From: Epithemia pelagica
Lineage: Eukaryota; Protista; Bacillariophyta
DNA length: 64,000 nt
Assembly (NCBI GenBank): GCA_946965045.2
Contig: OX337241.1
Coordinates: 1,054,001-1,118,000, forward strand
Direction of reading: 5' to 3'
Shown: one piece after another, positions 63,628 through 64,000 of the stretch
Position numbering within the stretch: position 1 is the stretch's first letter
Layout: every line of letters starts with the position of its first letter
The notes under the pieces: generated by a model
The model's database searches: none
Told to the model about the DNA's origin: nothing
What the model saw: only the letters and a program-made list of their open reading frames with translations
Program-made: the position numbers and the translations under genes

Positions 63628-64000
63628 ACAAGCTGCAAGGTTTCGTGGGACGAGAATGTACATTAGAACCAGGGCTTTAAATCGATTTTCATTGTGAAGT
63701 ACTCTGGTTCTGGAATTGGAGCTAGTAGGGAATGCTGCTATCTTTGCACAAATTTACAAACTCGTGGCCCTTTATAAACTAACACCAATAACTTATAATT
63801 GATCAGTCGTCGGCAACGATCGATTATTACTTCTGATTGACACAAACATCTTCCAAATTTTGCTTTCCACTACTATGCTGCTTTCTTCTCCACCCCCTTG
63901 TTCTTGACCTCCTAAACTTGCCAGTGGAGTCGGGAGATGGCTTTATCAGCTGGGATCTCGCCAACACCACCCACGTGCCACATCCATGCCGTCTCCATGT

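Larger units (their letters stand above)
61038..64000. repeat. Segmental duplicate of 25401-28431 (continues past the window end)
   Basis: Near-identical colinear sequence with a ~74-bp deletion near 61618 and scattered substitutions. Confidence 0.95.

Overview
Eukaryotic genomic DNA, most likely from a diatom. This is inferred from short GT-AG introns, CoDi-type Copia elements and diatom-like secreted proteins with RXL motifs. The left part (0.7-28 kb) holds host-type genes: a Crinkler-like REase+kinase protein, an M16 insulinase, a Tgs-family cap methyltransferase, GnT-II, a CAS1-domain O-acetyltransferase, several sulfotransferases, and three paralogous single-pass proteins (signal peptide/EF-hand-like/mucin stalk/TM/(PDZ)/WW). 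The middle (29-38 kb) is an intron-poor accessory block. It contains an apparently circularly permuted class I terpene synthase, an AAA_28-type NTPase, an RdRP in frame with a UPF1-like helicase across a single TAG, and an aromatase (CYP19)-like P450 cut off right after its heme Cys. The P450 break starts a ~5.1 kb intron-containing tyrosine-recombinase (Crypton-like) element. Its left end is a ~205-nt hairpin with regularly spaced tandem G.A mismatches, and its right end can pair with the left subterminal region in the same way. Next comes a decayed Copia element with a young LTR element nested in it. The nested element has a 5-bp TSD and near-identical LTRs, and keeps a 1139-codon open frame although its pol motifs are eroded. 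The right end is a second copy of the sulfotransferase locus, split by the Copia LTR and by a 9.4 kb insert. That insert carries gene fragments, a tandemly duplicated PD-(D/E)xK nuclease-like gene and a 596-bp MITE. All homology calls come from motif recognition by eye; no database search was run.
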